The position numbers and the translations under genes are program-made. Under the pieces are notes generated by a model. The model searched no databases and was not told the origin of the DNA. It saw nothing but the letters and a program-made list of their open reading frames with translations. A stretch of 64,000 bases of DNA from Chthonomonadales bacterium (GTDB taxonomy: Bacteria > Armatimonadota > Chthonomonadetes > Chthonomonadales > CAJBBX01), in assembly GCA_037443035.1 (NCBI GenBank), contig JBBIPC010000007.1:32001-96000 (forward strand), given 5' to 3'. Positions 47,152 through 56,747 of this stretch are shown one piece after another (positions within the stretch are counted from its first letter, which is position 1; every line of letters begins with the position of its first letter).

Positions 47152-48827
47152 CTTCGCCTCCCGCTGTCCCCAGCCGTCGCCAGTTCCTCAGGCGTCCAGA
47201 TACTCACATGGCCCGTTCGAAGATCTAGCGTCTCCATGCGGTCCGTACACGAGAAGCACGGGTCAATGCTCCCCAGCGAAATAGTCATGTCAGCCAGGCG
47301 CTGGTCCTTGATCATGGCAGGGACGCCCTGTAGATTCTGGTACGTGGGCGCACGTACGCGCCACCGCCGCGGCCGGTTGTTCTCGCCTGTGATGAGGAAG
47401 TGATGGCTCTCGCCTCGAGGCGCTTCCACCGACGAAAGGCCGAGGCGCCCTACTGGCAGCTCATCCGAGATAGGCGTCTGCAGCGGGCCAGGTTCTAGCC
47501 TGTCCAGACACTGCCGGATAATTCGGATGGACTGGAAGACCTCCTCTGTGCGCACGAGCACTCGGGACCAGACATCGCACCCATCGTGGGTTACCACCTC
47601 CATCGCGACCCGGTCGTAGGCCGCATACGGATGGTCACGCCGCACATCCCGCGGAACACCTGCCGCCCGGGCCACAGGTCCCACCAAGCCCATCTCCTTG
47701 ACCAACTGCCTATCGGCGATTCCCACACCGCGCGTGCGCGCCATGAGGTTCCTATCGCCCGACACCGCTCGGGCGGCAGCCGTCCATTCCTTCTCGAGGG
47801 TATCCAGCACTCCGCGCAGATCCTCGGCCACTTCCGCCGTAATGTCGTGGCGCACACCACCGACTAGACACAGACCGTAGGTCTTGCGGTTGCCGCAGAT
47901 CCGTTCAGCTATCCACATGATCGGTTCGCGGATCCGGAAGCTCTGCATGAACAGCGTGTCGAACCCGACGATGTGGCACGCCAATCCGACCCACAGCAGG
48001 TGGCTGTGGAGGCGCTCGATCTCCAACATGACCGTACGGATGTACTCAGCGCGCTCAGGTGGCCGAATGCCCGTTGCGCTCTCCACGGCCTGGCAGTACG
48101 CTACGCTGTGAACGCATCCACAGATCCCGCAGATCCGCTCGGCCAAGAACGGGATGTCGTCGTAGCCCATGACCGATTCGGCTAGTTTTTCGATTCCCCT
48201 ATGGACCATGAACCCCCGATATTCGCACCCCCGCACCACTTCGCCGTCCACATAGAGACGGAAGTGGGCTGGCTCGTCCAGCGTGGGATGGAACGGACCG
48301 AACGGTATGACCGTGCAGCCCTCAGGCGGATCTCCGAAGGGGTAGACGGCGTCTTCGTCGTAGTCGTCGGGCATGTGATTCCATGGGACATCCTTCCGCA
48401 AGGGGTGGACGCCCTCTGGCCATCCGTCCGGCAAGATCAGCCGTTTGGGATACGAGTGGCCGACTGGTTCGATGCCCACCAGATCCCTGAACTCCCGCTC
48501 CGCCCAACCCGCTGCCGGTACCACGGGCGTGATGCTGGGCACCGTAGGATCCGCCTCCGGCACAGCAGCGAGCACGCTGCACAGAATGTGATCGTCGTCG
48601 TAGGCGAAGTCATGGGCAACGAGAAACATGCCGGAATACGGCCGGTCATCGGCGCCGATGCTGATCACATAGCGAGCGTCCTGGTCGCGGAAGATGAACC
48701 GGCACACGTCACGCAGCAGCTCCCTGGGAACGTGAACGTAGAGGCGGTTGTCCGATGGAAGCTCGGCTCTAAGCGTGGCGGTGGGAAATCGCTCCCGCAA
48801 GGCGGCCAGACGTTCACGCGCTACCAT
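47148..48827 (-). CDS. Group 4 [NiFe]-hydrogenase large subunit (HycE-like, NuoC-NuoD fusion)
   Basis: ERICGICGCVH (L1) and DPCFSCTDR (L2) with all four Ni-Fe Cys, followed by a C-terminal extension; HPLRKD; EAPRGE. Confidence 0.95.
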   Translation of the reverse strand: MVARERLAALRERFPTATLRAELPSDNRLYVHVPRELLRDVCRFIFRDQDARYVISIGADDRPYSGMFLVAHDFAYDDDHILCSVLAAVPEADPTVPSITPVVPAAGWAEREFRDLVGIEPVGHSYPKRLILPDGWPEGVHPLRKDVPWNHMPDDYDEDAVYPFGDPPEGCTVIPFGPFHPTLDEPAHFRLYVDGEVVRGCEYRGFMVHRGIEKLAESVMGYDDIPFLAERICGICGCVHSVAYCQAVESATGIRPPERAEYIRTVMLEIERLHSHLLWVGLACHIVGFDTLFMQSFRIREPIMWIAERICGNRKTYGLCLVGGVRHDITAEVAEDLRGVLDTLEKEWTAAARAVSGDRNLMARTRGVGIADRQLVKEMGLVGPVARAAGVPRDVRRDHPYAAYDRVAMEVVTHDGCDVWSRVLVRTEEVFQSIRIIRQCLDRLEPGPLQTPISDELPVGRLGLSSVEAPRGESHHFLITGENNRPRRWRVRAPTYQNLQGVPAMIKDQRLADMTISLGSIDPCFSCTDRMETLDLRTGHVSIWTPEELATAGDSGRRR

Positions 48828-50715
48828 GGCGCTTCCCTTCTTTCGCGTCTCCCCACGTCCGCTTCAGCTCCGAGTAGAAGCCGTGAGCCGTGTAGCGAAT
48901 CTCGTCGCCTCCTGTCGCGTAGCCACACAACCAGGGCGCGTCGCGTCGTCGGTGCGCTCCGCCCAATCGGGAAACGAACCACGCCATTAGGGCCATCGCC
49001 GCCAGTACCCCAAGAATCGCCAGCGGTGCGTAGCCGGCGCCGTCGGCGGCCAGGCGGACGCCGAAGCCGGGGCCGCGGCGTATGGCTGTCACTGTGGCCA
49101 AGAGTCCTCCGACTCCCTGATGGGTAGCTGCGACGGCGTTGCCCGCCAGCCACACCAAGAGCGCTGGGAAGATCCCCGTGATGACGCACAGCGCCGCCAG
49201 AGCAAGTTGCGGAACCCGCATGAGCCACCCCACCTCGATCTTGCCACGCTCCCTGACTTGCGCTTCGACGACAGCGCTGCTCTGCCCAAGGAAACTTGTA
49301 CCGAAGAACTTGACGAACGATGCCAGGGTGAGAGCACTCGTCATGAGCGCCAGGGCCGCGCAAATGGCCATGTAGGGTGCTGCAGGACTTGCGCGGAGGG
49401 CCGCCACGTAGACCATCCACTTGCTGACGAAGCCGTTGAGCAACGGAAAGCCCGCAATGGCCATGCTGGCTGTCAGGGCGGTCCAGGCGGTCAATGGCAT
49501 GTGCCGCCACAATCCGCCCATGCGGTTGAGGTCCTGTGTACCGGTCGCGTCTAGCATGGATCCCGCATTGAGGAAAAGCAACGCTTTGAATACGCCGTGG
49601 TTGAACGAATGGAGCAGGGCAGCCATGAGCGCCAGGGCTGCGATCTGCCAAAGCTCCGGGTTGTCAGTCGCCACGAGCACCATGCACGTGCCGCAGGCCA
49701 ACAGAATGTAGCCGGCTTGGCCGATGCTGTGGAATGCCAGTAAGCGCTTCGTGTAGTCCTGCCGCAGGGCGGCGGTGGTGCCAGTTACCATGGTCACCGT
49801 GCCAATGACCGCGATGATTCCGCCCCATGTGCCGAAGCCGAAGTCGGTCCGAGCGCTCGACGGCACGAGGCACAGGAAGTAGCGAAGCAGACCGTACACA
49901 CCGGTCTTGATCATCACGCCTGAAAGCACCGCGCTGACCGGCGAAGGGGCCGCTGGATGGGCTTCCGGCAACCAGATGGCGCCGAATGGCCACATACCCG
50001 TCTTCACTCCGAAACCGACCAGGAACAGACCGAACGCCAGCGCCGCTAGCGCCGGTCGCTCGTTCAGCAGCATGGGTATGCCGGCGGTTACTGCGTCGAA
50101 ACTGTACTTCAGCTCGCCTGTGGAAGCGTGGCGGGCGGCAGCCTGCGCCAGTATCTCACCGCCGATCATCGTCGCGGCGCACCCTAGCTGCATCATGAGC
50201 AGGAAGCGGTTCGCGGCTCGGACGTTTTCTGGGCGACGGTACTCGAAGCGGATGAGGAGATACCCAGGGATGGTCATCATCTGCCAGAAGATGAAGAGGA
50301 ACCACATCATGTCCGTCGTGCTGACCAGCCCGTACATGGCCGCAACGAAGAACAACAGGTGGGGGTAATAGTGACCCACGCCGTAGGACGCGAACCGACC
50401 CATGTGGGCGATGGAATGGAGTGCCGCAGGTACGGCAATGACAACGGCGAGCACAAGGAAGATGGCGGTCAACCCGTCCACGCTCACGAAGAGGGAGAAT
50501 CCGAGCCGGGGGGCAGCTAGCAATCGCTCCGGCTTGCCAGATGGACCGTGGGCCAGGACTTCCATGGCGGCTGTCATCACCAGCGCGGCTGTTGCCAGCA
50601 CAATGAGGAACGCGAACCACCCCGCCACGACACGCCACCGGCTCAACGGAACGGAAATCAGCGATCCAACCACGGCGGCAACAATGGCGATGAGCACGAG
50701 ACGCTCAGGAGTCAT
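48814..50715 (-). CDS. Antiporter-like hydrogenase membrane subunit (HycC/HyfB/NuoL-like)
   Basis: WLPEAHPAAPSPVSAVLSG.MIK.G.YG, KRLLAFHSI, NHGVFKALLFL, GF.SKW. Confidence 0.92.
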   Translation of the reverse strand: MTPERLVLIAIVAAVVGSLISVPLSRWRVVAGWFAFLIVLATAALVMTAAMEVLAHGPSGKPERLLAAPRLGFSLFVSVDGLTAIFLVLAVVIAVPAALHSIAHMGRFASYGVGHYYPHLLFFVAAMYGLVSTTDMMWFLFIFWQMMTIPGYLLIRFEYRRPENVRAANRFLLMMQLGCAATMIGGEILAQAAARHASTGELKYSFDAVTAGIPMLLNERPALAALAFGLFLVGFGVKTGMWPFGAIWLPEAHPAAPSPVSAVLSGVMIKTGVYGLLRYFLCLVPSSARTDFGFGTWGGIIAVIGTVTMVTGTTAALRQDYTKRLLAFHSIGQAGYILLACGTCMVLVATDNPELWQIAALALMAALLHSFNHGVFKALLFLNAGSMLDATGTQDLNRMGGLWRHMPLTAWTALTASMAIAGFPLLNGFVSKWMVYVAALRASPAAPYMAICAALALMTSALTLASFVKFFGTSFLGQSSAVVEAQVRERGKIEVGWLMRVPQLALAALCVITGIFPALLVWLAGNAVAATHQGVGGLLATVTAIRRGPGFGVRLAADGAGYAPLAILGVLAAMALMAWFVSRLGGAHRRRDAPWLCGYATGGDEIRYTAHGFYSELKRTWGDAKEGKRHGSA

Positions 50716-51205
50716 GCCCCGCTCCTCCGCCGTCACCTCGTCCCAAGAGCTGGATCAGGACTGGCGCCAAATGCTCCAGGGCAGTCTGCACTTCCTCGCT
50801 CAGGCAAGCTCCAGGCAGTGTCTCCGCAGGCTGGACGCCTAGAAGCCACACGCGGGACGTGGAGTATCGTTCCAGAGCCTCTGCCAGCACCCCTAACGCC
50901 ATGCGGTGCGTGGAGACTTGCGGGAAGCGAGATCGCATGCCCGCCGAATCGAATAGCATGACCGTTCCGGGCGCCTGGCCGGCCTCCACTGCATCCAGGA
51001 GGATCACGCTGTCCATTTCCCGAGCGCACATCAGGCAGCGCTCTGGCCAGAGTCCTCCGACCACCACGCGCGGCACGCCTGCATGTTTCAGCGTCTCCGC
51101 GAGCACGACGCCGAAGCCGTCATCGCCGAAGAGGGGATTGCCAAGCCCCAGGACAGCCGTCCGTCCTCTGCAGCAATCCGCCAGCGACGCCGCCAGCCCG
51201 TCCAT
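50705..51205 (-). CDS. Hydrogenase maturation protease (HycI-like)
   Basis: VLGLGNPLFGDDGFG, LLDAV, STH, GVQP. Confidence 0.92.
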   Translation of the reverse strand: MDGLAASLADCCRGRTAVLGLGNPLFGDDGFGVVLAETLKHAGVPRVVVGGLWPERCLMCAREMDSVILLDAVEAGQAPGTVMLFDSAGMRSRFPQVSTHRMALGVLAEALERYSTSRVWLLGVQPAETLPGACLSEEVQTALEHLAPVLIQLLGRGDGGGAGHDS

Positions 51206-52053
51206 CAGATATCCTCTCCCAACATGCGCAACTGCTCGTAGGTGAAGACGGGGCCGTCCACACAGACATAGGCAACGCCGATGCAGCAGTGGCCGCACTT
51301 GCCTACGCCGCACTTCATGTACCGCTCCATGGTGGAGACGATCCTATCCTCCCGGTACCCCATGGCGAGCAGATCCTTGATGACGAACCGGAACATGACA
51401 GGCGGACCGCAAACGAAGGCAATGCTGTTGTCCACAGCCACTCGAACATCCGGCCGCTTGAACAGGCTTCCAACGACACCCACCGGACCGCTCCAACTCT
51501 CATCGCCCCGGTCCACGGTCAGGTGGCACTCGACCCCTCCCTGCTCGGCCCAACCGCGCATCTCCGTTTGGTACATGAGTTCCGCTGGCGTTCGTGCGCC
51601 GTAGAACACCTGAATCGTGCCGTACTGCTCGCGCCGATGCATGGCGTAGACAATGCACGATCGGAGCGGGATCATGCCGATGCCGCCCGCCACGAAAACG
51701 AGATTCATGCCGGCGTATTCGTCCATGGGAAAACCGTTGCCATAGGGACCACGAACGCCGAAGCAATCGCCGGGCTGGAGGCTGTGCAGAGCCGATGTAC
51801 AGCTGCCCACGCGCCTGACCGTGAAGAAGCGCTCCTTCTCCGTAGGGCTGGGTGGGAGCGATAGCGGGAACTCGCCCGCGCCGATGATCGAGACCTGGGC
51901 GAACTGCCCTGGCCGGAACCGGGAGAAAGCAACATCATCCGCCGGGTCCACGAAACGCCAGTAGAAACTGCGCACCTCGCGGATCTCGTCCTGAACCCGC
52001 TCGAGAACCGCCACACGGGGGATGTAGATGTTCGTCTCGTCAGGCTGCTGCAT
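51205..52053 (-). CDS. FAD/NAD(P)-binding 2Fe-2S subunit (AsrB / group 3b hydrogenase gamma-like)
   Basis: FRPGQF, RGPYGNGF, AGGIG..PLRS, CGPPVM, ER.MKCGVGKCGHC..VCVDGPVF. Confidence 0.93.
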   Translation of the reverse strand: MQQPDETNIYIPRVAVLERVQDEIREVRSFYWRFVDPADDVAFSRFRPGQFAQVSIIGAGEFPLSLPPSPTEKERFFTVRRVGSCTSALHSLQPGDCFGVRGPYGNGFPMDEYAGMNLVFVAGGIGMIPLRSCIVYAMHRREQYGTIQVFYGARTPAELMYQTEMRGWAEQGGVECHLTVDRGDESWSGPVGVVGSLFKRPDVRVAVDNSIAFVCGPPVMFRFVIKDLLAMGYREDRIVSTMERYMKCGVGKCGHCCIGVAYVCVDGPVFTYEQLRMLGEDI

Positions 52054-53122
52054 GAGCCTCTTCCCCAACGGAGCCTCGCCGGATCATCTCCACGACCGTC
52101 GGCATGCCAATCTCGCCATGACAGACAGCTGCGCACCGTCCGCATCCCACGCATGCAACGCTCAGCTCCCGTTGCACGAAGTAGTGGGAGAGCTTGCGGA
52201 AGAAACGCCTGTTGCGCCGATCATGGACAGCTTTCCTGGGATTGAACCCGCCTGCCATCCGCGTGAACCCCGCCAGTGCGCAGGAGTCCCACACTCGGAC
52301 ACGTTCGTAGGTGTCTGGTCCTGTTAGACGGTCCGTTACCGTGAAGCACGTGCATGCGGGACAGACGAACGTGCATCCACCGCATTCCAGACACCGATTG
52401 CCGATCTCCTCCCACGTCTCCTCGCTTACCTTTCCCGCCGAAACGCCCCGCACAGCGCCAGCGAACCAGCTTGTTCGGTGGAAGAAGCTCCTCCGCGCAT
52501 TGGCAAGCGCGAGCCGGCGCGCAGCTACGTCCTCCGGCGTAGCCTTGCGGAAGATCGTCGAAGCGAAGAGAGCTTCGCCTGCCGGAGTACCTGCGACTGC
52601 CAGGTACCGGTCGCCAAGAGCGACCAGTTGCAGATCGAAACCACTTCTTGCCGCAGGTCCCGTGTCCGTACAGACGCAGAAGCAGTCTGGCCCGATGTCC
52701 ACGCCGGGCACGGTACAGGCGACGTTCACAAGGAACAGCCCCTGCCGCAGACGGTGGTAGTAGATGTCCCGATACTCCCGATCCAGATAGAACCTATCGA
52801 GGTGTCCGATGCCAGCCACGTCACACGATCGAATGCCAAACACCGCCAGTCGCTGCTCGGCCACCGTCGGTTCGATGCGCATGCCCTCCGACGTTCGTTG
52901 CAATGTCATGATCCGCTGGATGTGAGGTAGGACGAACCGCTTGGGCGGATAGAGCGGGTTGGGCAGGTGGAGTGTCGCCGCATGGCGGTTGGCCTCGTTG
53001 ACGACATCGAAGCATGTATCCGATCCGTGGATGCGGAACGGCGCCACCACCGCGTACCCCTTCTCGCGGAGCAGATCGATGATGCAGAGCACGTCTTCGG
53101 CCGCAATGATGCGCGCTTTCAC
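52040..53122 (-). CDS. 4Fe-4S subunit (AsrA / group 3b hydrogenase beta-like)
   Basis: FGIRSCD, CFC, CLECGGCTFVCPACTC, R.WDSC, CVGCGRCAAVC. Confidence 0.92.
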   Translation of the reverse strand: MKARIIAAEDVLCIIDLLREKGYAVVAPFRIHGSDTCFDVVNEANRHAATLHLPNPLYPPKRFVLPHIQRIMTLQRTSEGMRIEPTVAEQRLAVFGIRSCDVAGIGHLDRFYLDREYRDIYYHRLRQGLFLVNVACTVPGVDIGPDCFCVCTDTGPAARSGFDLQLVALGDRYLAVAGTPAGEALFASTIFRKATPEDVAARRLALANARRSFFHRTSWFAGAVRGVSAGKVSEETWEEIGNRCLECGGCTFVCPACTCFTVTDRLTGPDTYERVRVWDSCALAGFTRMAGGFNPRKAVHDRRNRRFFRKLSHYFVQRELSVACVGCGRCAAVCHGEIGMPTVVEMIRRGSVGEEAHAAA

Positions 53123-55146
53123 GGGCGAATCCTCTCGATCCGCACAGGCACATACGGGGACCCGTTCGCTGCATGGCCCCGGATGGCCTGATCCACGTTC
53201 TTGACGAAGAAGGGAGCGAACACTGCACCCCGTCGCACCTCGTCCGTCACACGAGCCGCGATCTCCACACAACCTCCCGCCGAGCAGACACGAATAGTTT
53301 CGCCGTCCCGCACCGACAGTTCTCGCGCGTCCTCCGTGTTCACCTCCACGAACCCCTCGGGATAGTCGAGCAGGAGGATGCGGTACTCACGCTTCAGCGT
53401 CTCGCTGTGCTGGATCAGCACGTTCTTGTGCCAGTAGTAGTTGGAATAGCCGAACACCAGGGTCAGCGGGAACTCGGCGCTGCGTGGCACAGGGACGGGA
53501 GGCCGCACAGGCTGCAGACGGAATGGATGTTGCTCGCCAGAACCGTCTGCGAACAGCCTGGGCGTTCCGACGGGCCGCTGCCAGGTGCACGGCCATTGCA
53601 CCCCGAAGTCCCTCCGGAGATTGTCGTAGCTGGCCGCTTCGTAGAACGGAACAGCTTGGCCGATCTCTGCCATGACATCCGCCGGACCATCGTATTCCCA
53701 CTCTGCGCCGAGGGCGCGTGCCACTCGGACAATGTGCCTCCAGGCTGGCTCCGTCGCACCAGGCGCCGCTGCAACCTTCTCTGCAACCTGGATGCGCCGG
53801 TCCGTGCTGGTGAAGGTGACGGTCTCCTCACCGAAGGCAGTGGTGGGCAGGATGACGTCAGCGAAGGCGGCTGTTTCCGTCATGAACAGGTGCTGGACCA
53901 CGATGAACTCGCATTGCTGGAGAGCCCAGGCCGCGTCGCCGAAGAAGGCCGTGCTGGCGGGATCGTAACGACCCAGCCACAGTCCCCGAATCGCACCGTT
54001 GCCCAGACCGCCCAGTACTTCGCGCGCCGACAGCCCGACCTCCCGCGGAAGCTCCGCCTGCCATAGACTGCCCAGCCGGGCCGACGCCTCTTCATCGGTG
54101 ACGCGCCTATAGCCCGGCAGCATGTCGGGCAGCATGCCCATGTCGCAGACGCCTTGGAGGTTGTTATGTTCGGTCAGCGCATAGACACCCGCGCCTGGAC
54201 GGCCGATCTGCCCGGTCAGCAGAGCGAGGTTGACAGCGGCCCGAATGGTTTCCTCGTGGCGCGCCTCCAATCCCGTCGAATAGACCAGGGAGGCTGCCTG
54301 CGCCTCGGCGTACAGCGTAGCCGCTTCCTCCAGCGCTTCTGGCGGTACGCCACATTCCTCGGCAGCCGTCAATAAGTCGAAGTGCTCGGTGGCGGAGAGG
54401 AATGCGTCGAACCCACCGCACCGGCTCTTCAGGAAGCTGCGGTCCTCCAGCCCACGGTCGATAATGACCCTGGCCATGGCACCGTACAGCGTGGCTTCCG
54501 TCCCAGGGCGGATCTGGAGGAAAACGTCGGCGTGGCCCGCCAGACGATGCCGGCGAGAATCCACCACAATGAGTCGTGCACCGTCCAGCTTGGCGCGTAG
54601 GACAATGCCTGCCACCGTCGGCAACTGCCGCGCCAGGTCCACCCCGTCCACGAGAATCACGTCGCTCAGACTCAAGTCGCCAATCGGGTTCGTCGTGGCT
54701 GGTACGCCGAGCATGTCCAGGAGCACGTTGATGGAGTTGTGGACATACACTCCGGTCCCGTGGTCCACATTGTTGGTGCCCACCACGGCGCGCGCCAGCT
54801 TCTGGAGCAGATATGCTTCCTCGTTGGAACATCGGGGCGAGTCGAGGAATGCCACCGCCTGCGGACCATGCTGCATCACGATCGCTCGAAGCCGCTCGGC
54901 GATCAGCTCCACCGCCTCGTCCCACGTCGCTTCCTCGAAGCCCCTCGAACGCCGGATGAGAGGGTGGAGCAACCTGTCGGGCGAACCGGAGACCTCGTGA
55001 ACATGCCAGCCACGCAGGCAGATCCTTCCCCGGTTCGTGGGATGGGACAAGCTGGGATAGGCACCGCTTACGCGCCCTTCGGCGGTCTCGAGATACAGAC
55101 CGCATCCCACCCCGCAGAAGGTGCATGTGGTAAGTTGGTGCGGCAT
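53119..55146 (-). CDS. Formate dehydrogenase alpha (FdhF)-like protein with a degenerate active site
   Basis: TTCTFCGVGC..GRIC, NEEAYLLQKLAR..GTNNVD, HNNLQG..DMG, ADVILP. Catalytic Cys/Sec, His and Arg are not conserved. Confidence 0.88.
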   Translation of the reverse strand: MPHQLTTCTFCGVGCGLYLETAEGRVSGAYPSLSHPTNRGRICLRGWHVHEVSGSPDRLLHPLIRRSRGFEEATWDEAVELIAERLRAIVMQHGPQAVAFLDSPRCSNEEAYLLQKLARAVVGTNNVDHGTGVYVHNSINVLLDMLGVPATTNPIGDLSLSDVILVDGVDLARQLPTVAGIVLRAKLDGARLIVVDSRRHRLAGHADVFLQIRPGTEATLYGAMARVIIDRGLEDRSFLKSRCGGFDAFLSATEHFDLLTAAEECGVPPEALEEAATLYAEAQAASLVYSTGLEARHEETIRAAVNLALLTGQIGRPGAGVYALTEHNNLQGVCDMGMLPDMLPGYRRVTDEEASARLGSLWQAELPREVGLSAREVLGGLGNGAIRGLWLGRYDPASTAFFGDAAWALQQCEFIVVQHLFMTETAAFADVILPTTAFGEETVTFTSTDRRIQVAEKVAAAPGATEPAWRHIVRVARALGAEWEYDGPADVMAEIGQAVPFYEAASYDNLRRDFGVQWPCTWQRPVGTPRLFADGSGEQHPFRLQPVRPPVPVPRSAEFPLTLVFGYSNYYWHKNVLIQHSETLKREYRILLLDYPEGFVEVNTEDARELSVRDGETIRVCSAGGCVEIAARVTDEVRRGAVFAPFFVKNVDQAIRGHAANGSPYVPVRIERIRP

Positions 55147-55182
55147 GGCGCCCGCCTTCGCGATCGTGGCCCCGAAGCCTCT

Positions 55183-55668
55183 CTACCAGGAGCGCACGTG
55201 CCGCTCGACAAGCTTCTGACGGACCGCCTGGAGCCGTTGCTCCAACAGTGTCGCGAACCGCTGCAGGAGCATGTAGCCTAGGCTTGGGTCCTTCTCGCAC
55301 CGCTCCCGCAGAGCAGGACCGTCGAGGACCAATAGGCGTGTCCTGCGCGCCGCCCGAGCGTCCAGACGCCAACGGTACGGCGGCACGAGCACCGACCAAC
55401 CGAAGGCATCGCCATCCTCTAGTTCCTGCACGGTCGTGGGCCCGTACTGCAGGTTGAAAGCCTCCAGTACAACTGCGCCTTCGAGGATCAGGTAGAACCT
55501 GTCCGCCTGCTCCCCCTCCCGAAAGATCACTTGACCTGCGTCCAGCGTCGTTTCGGTCGACAGCGACAATAGCGCCTGAGCACAGTCCGCTGGCAGATCG
55601 GCGAATAGCGGGTGGCCAGCCAGGACTTCGCCAGAAGACCGCGTCGCAGGTGTGTGTTGCACTGCCAT
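55183..55668 (-). CDS. Standalone cyclic-nucleotide-binding domain protein (no HTH)
   Basis: HPLFADL, GQVIFREGEQADRFYLILEG.V, GD.FGWS. 161 aa; GGAGGT RBS. Confidence 0.88.
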   Translation of the reverse strand: MAVQHTPATRSSGEVLAGHPLFADLPADCAQALLSLSTETTLDAGQVIFREGEQADRFYLILEGAVVLEAFNLQYGPTTVQELEDGDAFGWSVLVPPYRWRLDARAARRTRLLVLDGPALRERCEKDPSLGYMLLQRFATLLEQRLQAVRQKLVERHVRSW

Positions 55669-55831
55669 TGCACAACCTCCTACTGCTCGGCCAGTCTTGC
55701 ACCGTGCCCTTATGTTATCACGCTGCAGCCGAGAATACAAGAGGTTCGACGGCAGATTGTGGGTTTTTTCTCAGAATGTTGCCGCATGAGATGAGCCGAG
55801 ACGCATGTATCGAAGCGGTCGGACACATTAC

Positions 55832-55849
55832 TCGTGAACATAGTCACAG
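55832..55849. promoter_or_regulatory. Rex- or CRP/FNR-like operator upstream of the hydrogenase operon
   Basis: TCGTGAACATAGTCACAG: 9/10 to TGTGA-N6-TCACA and 11/14 to TTGTGAA-N4-TTCACAA. Confidence 0.5.
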
Positions 55850-55901
55850 ATAGCAGCGACAGCAGTTCGCCACCCACTTACTGCTGGGACGCTCGCGAAA
55901 G

Positions 55902-56747
55902 CTACACGGCTGATGGCTTGGCAAGATGCTGACGTGTGGCAGCGCGGGACCCCTCTTCGCGGGTCGTCCACCACTCCTCGTCCTGCACGGACCGCACAAT
56001 GATGTCCCGTACTGCCTCGGGTGAGTCGCTAACCGCCATCAGGTCCATGTCGTGCGGCGAGATCTTTCCCTCGGCTGCCAGAGTGGCGCGCATCCAGTCC
56101 AGCATGCCCTGCCAGTAAGCCGAGCTGAAGAGCACGACGGGGAAGTTGCGTATCTTGCCTGTCTGAATAAGCACCAGCGCCTCCAGCAGCTCATCGAGCG
56201 TGCCGAAGCCTCCGGGGAAGATGACGAACGCACAGGCGTACTTCACGAACATCATCTTCCGCACGAAGAAGTAGCGGAACTCCACTGCCGTGTCGGTGTA
56301 GGGATTCAGGTGCTGCTCGAACGGCAGCTCGATATTCAGACCGACCGATCGCGCGCCGGCAAGGTGGGCTCCTTTGTTTCCAGCCTCCATGATGCCCGGG
56401 CCGCCTCCCGTGATGATGCTGAAGCCTGCCTCCCCCAACAGCCTGGCGGTCTCGACTGCCGCGCCGTACATGGGATCCGTCTCGCTTACCCTTGCGCTGC
56501 CAAAGATCGTCACGGCCATGCCGAGATCCGCTAGCGCGTCGAAGCCGGCGACGAACTCCCCCATGATGCGCAGGACCCGCCAGGGGTCCGATTGCGTGAA
56601 CAGCTCCGGAGTATGGCGCCGGACATTGATGAGCCGCTCATCCTCGGTGACGCTGGTAGTACGGGGACGACGGGTGACAGGCGGGCGAATGGCAGCCGAA
56701 TGGTTCGCGCCGGAGATGACGTGCTTTTCAGACACGGGCTTCCTCAC
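55902..56747 (-). CDS. LOG-family (TIGR00730-type) Rossmann-fold protein
   Basis: VTIFGSAR, TGGGPGIMEA, YFFVRK, PGGFGTLDE. Start uncertain. Confidence 0.92.
   Translation of the reverse strand: MRKPVSEKHVISGANHSAAIRPPVTRRPRTTSVTEDERLINVRRHTPELFTQSDPWRVLRIMGEFVAGFDALADLGMAVTIFGSARVSETDPMYGAAVETARLLGEAGFSIITGGGPGIMEAGNKGAHLAGARSVGLNIELPFEQHLNPYTDTAVEFRYFFVRKMMFVKYACAFVIFPGGFGTLDELLEALVLIQTGKIRNFPVVLFSSAYWQGMLDWMRATLAAEGKISPHDMDLMAVSDSPEAVRDIIVRSVQDEEWWTTREEGSRAATRQHLAKPSAV

Noticed and set aside
47148..48827. Complex I (nuo) or Ehr-type hydrogenase-like complex without Ni
   Set aside because: Both CxxC Ni-binding motifs and a maturation protease are present.
54721..54780. Selenocysteine recoding in the FdhF-like gene
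   Set aside because: No in-frame TGA at the active-site position; the frame is open throughout.
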